Assembly (NCBI GenBank): GCA_046269625.1
Contig: JBJURY010333269.1
Span: 1 to 46,525 of the forward strand
Reading direction: 5' to 3'
Length of the DNA: 46,525 bases
DNA from: Hausera hauseri
Taxonomy: Eukaryota
A program made the translations under genes and the position numbers. The notes below the pieces were generated by a model. The model worked only from the letters and a program-made list of their open reading frames with translations, did no database searches and was not told the DNA's origin. Shown piece by piece: positions 46,058 to 46,525 of this stretch. Each line of letters starts with the position of its first letter. Within the stretch, counting starts at the first letter, position 1.

Positions 46058-46525
46058 TATTTATCCTTATTAAATAACATAGTTTGTTGACACAGCTTCA
46101 GAAAAGCATCCAATCCAAAATTTAGAATTGCTGCATTAACATGCCATGTAACTAATCGGATATTACCTTTAACATAACCAAGCTCTGGGATAATCTTATC
46201 CAGAGACGGTGCATCTTTATTCTGATATGTTTCAGATGCTGACAAATCAAAAGGTCTACCAGAAATGAGACAACAAGCATTCTGATTGTTCCACATCTTT
46301 AAGACATATTCTTTATCTAAATCAAATGGTAAGTTATATTTTACAGAACGAGCTTTAGCACCTTTAATCAGTTGAGTAACTCGAAAATCAACAGACTCTT
46401 TCAATCTATGATGCCGCTCTTTCTGATATGATACTCCCTTTTCGCGCAAACGATCCTTATTAGCGGCATACCATTCTCTAGCTCGTTCTTTAACTTTCTC
46501 TTTATTCTGTTCGTAGTATTGGTTA
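46057..46525 (-). CDS. HNH-like homing endonuclease; 5' end outside window
   Basis: Frame is open to the window edge (..YYEQNKEKVKERAREWYAANK..); CLISG..PSLDKIIPELGYVKGNIRLVTWHVN. Confidence 0.8.
   Translation of the reverse strand, partial: NQYYEQNKEKVKERAREWYAANKDRLREKGVSYQKERHHRLKESVDFRVTQLIKGAKARSVKYNLPFDLDKEYVLKMWNNQNACCLISGRPFDLSASETYQNKDAPSLDKIIPELGYVKGNIRLVTWHVNAAILNFGLDAFLKLCQQTMLFNKDK

Overview
This window is most of the genome of a lytic podovirus of the PA11/CW02/LUZ24/phiEco32 type, which encodes no RNA polymerase but does encode a sigma factor. The family assignment is inferred from gene content and order. The assembly looks circularly permuted, with the probable physical end in the non-coding 1.7-3.2 kb region. 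The plus arm (3.2-27.6 kb) holds small early genes, a GC-rich imported patch, a peptide/amide-ligase cluster (class I GATase, ATP-grasp, Ntn GATase, COOH-NH2 ligase, amidoligase) and tRNA-Leu. It continues with primase-helicase, sigma factor, family A DNA polymerase, SSB, 5'-3' exonuclease, nucleotide-pool enzymes, ThyX and a class II ribonucleotide reductase split by a 794-nt group I intron carrying a GIY-YIG gene. The minus arm (46.5 to 27.6 kb, plus 1649 to <1) holds portal, tRNA-Thr, scaffold, major capsid, tail and internal virion proteins, a transglycosylase and a beta-helix tailspike. About nine homing endonuclease genes (HEGs) are present. Three observations stand out. (1) A 5-nt stop-containing gap interrupts the first catalytic motif of the exonuclease, directly behind an HNH gene, and is a candidate miniature ribosomal bypass resembling T4 gene 60. 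(2) HEGs appear to have captured or duplicated the 5' ends of essential genes. (3) The early leader has repeated promoter-hairpin-boxA units.
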